Below are positions 61,900 through 64,000 of a DNA stretch of 64,000 bases, in pieces (the first letter of the stretch is position 1; each line of letters begins with the position of its first letter). This DNA is from Haplodiscus bocki (taxonomy: Eukaryota): assembly GCA_965655095.1 (NCBI GenBank), contig OZ296650.1, forward strand, positions 69,130,001 to 69,194,000, given 5' to 3'. Both the position numbers and the translations under genes were made by a program. The notes under the pieces were generated by a model, which did not search any database, was not told where the DNA came from, and saw nothing but the letters and a program-made list of their open reading frames with translations.

Positions 61900-64000
61900 T
61901 CAAAGGTGACAAAATAAGGTTTCATAACTGTCACTTTTGCTTTATCTTCAACTAATCAAAACTACAAGTCGCTTTGAATTCAAGGCACTTATTTTGGTTT
62001 TAAAACGTCTAGTCAACGTGTTTTAGAGCCGATCCGCTGAAACTGGATTTGCGATATATATATATAGCTTCTTTTAAAAAAATCAGCTTTTTGATATTCA
62101 GGTTTTTGACTGAGAAGTGATGAACTTGTAGGAGATATAGTTTAAGACCCAAGGGAAATTTCATAAAATTGGTAAAGCACTTAAAATTCAACCAGAACTA
62201 GTCCTGAAGCTTGGACAGTCAATGAAAAAGAAGCAGAAATCTTCTACCAAAAATTTTCCTCAGAAACAAAACAGGAAGGCGATCTTCCTTTTCGAAAGAA
62301 AGTGATATCACTTGACTATTTTGTTCGAGAGGAGTTGAGAGTACAGTAAAGGAGGTTATCAACACTTGGCAGGAGTCAATGACCATGTTTTCGAAAATCA
62401 ACATACAAAAATTTTTTTAGCAGAGCTTAACTAGGAGTTGATGCCAAGCAGTACGAACCAATACCGGTATTAAACCTTGGTCTGTCCTTAATATTCAAGC
62501 AGCTGTTGTAAAAAAACCGTGCTACGAATTTTTAATTACAGCAAAATAAGTAACTAAATGTGATAAAAATGATTCATAGAGGTCACTTTTGCTGTCGGAA
62601 TATTTTCATCACTAACTTATTAAACTACCAACTCACATTGGAATTAGCGAACATTTTTTGATAAATAAAAATTTTATTCAACGTAATTTGGAGTTTATCC
62701 CCTGCAACTGTAATTGCAGTCCTTAGCTTCAGTCCTAAAATGTTTCTGATTTCGAAAAAATAAGTTTTTGATCGGAACGTTGTGGACATCGAACAAGTCT
62801 AATCTATTACAGCCGGGAAATTCCATTTAATTGATCAAGTATTTCAAGTTCAACCAAAACCAATTTCGGTGGATTGACGGACGAAGGTTAAAAAGTAACA
62901 AACTGCTTCCTGACATTCACCCGAATAACGAATCCGGAAGCTGATCTTATTTTTGGAAATAAGTTGATATCACTAGACTTCTTTGTTTAAGAGGAGTAGA
63001 GAGTACATGAAATGACGCTTTCAACACTTGGTAGTAGTTCAAGACACTTTCTCTGAAGAAAATCATATGAGAGTCTTTTTATCACAATTTATCTTTGAAT
63101 TTATGCCAAGCAGGACGAAACAAAACTAGCAAAAAAGCTCATCTGTACCTAATATCTACGCAGCCGTTGTAAAAATTGTGCAAGGAATTCTTAGTTTCAG
63201 TAAAGTAGATTTGAATTCTTGTAGCTTGACCGTTTTGTTTACTTCAACAAAACAAGTGACTTTCGCTGCGATCACGACGCTTGTGTGATATACGAATTTG
63301 AATTAGTTTTTAGTGAAAAATTTTCATGCGTTTAAATGATGTGTAAGTTTTGTGCATGAGATATTAATCTACAATATCCTTTTTTCACAAAATGTTCCCA
63401 CAAATTTCATTTCATTTTCTGACCTTTCTACTAGGTGAAAAAAATTCAAGCTCGCAGAAAGTTAGAAACACTGTTTCATTGAATGAAGTAACCTTCTCTT
63501 CGTTGTTTTTCTGGCTAACATTCAAATTTTTCAATTTTCTTTCAGGCAACTTTCACAGATGTCATTCTTTTGTTTCAATCATTTTTTTAACGGACCTCGA
63601 TTGAAAAAATGGAATTCAAACGTGTGAAATAAATTCATAAATGTCACTTTTGTTTTCGGATTGACTCTATCTTTAACGAAATAGAACTACCAACTGACAC
63701 TGGAACTAACGATCTTAGTTTGTTTGAAAACATAATTAGTCAATCTGGTTGGAGCTAATCGCCTGTAACTGGAGTTGCAGTTTACAACAACTTCTCCAAA
63801 ATCATCAGTTTTTTAATATTTTACTTTATTATTGTTATGTCTTAAACTTCGAACAAATTTAACCTATGGCAGCTCGGAAAACCAAAAAAAATTGACCAAC
63901 TTCGTCAATATCAACCAGAACGAAGTTTGATACATGGACGGACGAACGAACGTTGATAGGTAGAATTCTTCTTTTCATTCACCTCAAAAACGTAGCAGGG
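61900..64000. repeat. Old, diverged ~650-665-bp tandem repeat (about 3 units), one unit interrupted by a ~410-bp insertion
   Basis: Recurrent anchors: TCATA..GTCACTTTTG (~61922, ~62575, ~63635); TCAACCA(G/A)AAC (~62188, ~62850, ~63911); TGATATCACT.GACT..TTTGTT..GAGGAGT.GAGAGTACA (~62303, ~62965); ATGCCAAGCAG.ACGAA (~62441, ~63103). Confidence 0.75.
63210..63620. mobile_element. MITE-like insertion
   Basis: It interrupts the 660-bp repeat register and is bounded by inverted TTTGAATTC...GAATTCAAA with partial inner complementarity (CCGTT/AACGG). No ORF. Confidence 0.4.

Noticed and set aside
1052-63604. Most short ORFs in the supplied track as genes
   Set aside because: They are antisense shadows or frameshifted pieces of decayed TE genes, often with non-ATG starts. 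They recur only because the DNA is tandemly repeated.

Overview
AT-rich animal (invertebrate-like) nuclear DNA made almost entirely of decayed mobile elements; most ORFs in the track are shadows or fragments. From left to right: (1) a dead BEL/Pao LTR retrotransposon (~230-8335) whose central 1.8 kb is tandemly triplicated and whose integrase is inverted; (2) a tRNA-like pseudogene or SINE head and a small MANBAL/UPF0239-like membrane-protein ORF; (3) a 33.6-kb head-to-tail array (12132-45751) of ~4.3-4.4-kb units. Each unit is a chimera of a Helitron-like 3' segment with a variable 30-31-bp minisatellite, a possible LINE fragment, and decayed Ty3/Gypsy RT-RNase H-integrase plus an env-like ORF. 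Every unit junction and the array end fall exactly on a CTAG inside the env-like ORF, which suggests Helitron end-bypass capture and rolling-circle amplification (inference). (4) A degraded Polinton/Maverick-type pPolB; (5) a second LTR-element gag with a CCHC knuckle; (6) possible host exons, an (ATT)12 microsatellite and an old ~660-bp tandem repeat. Protein family calls come from manual translation and remembered motifs; no database search was run.
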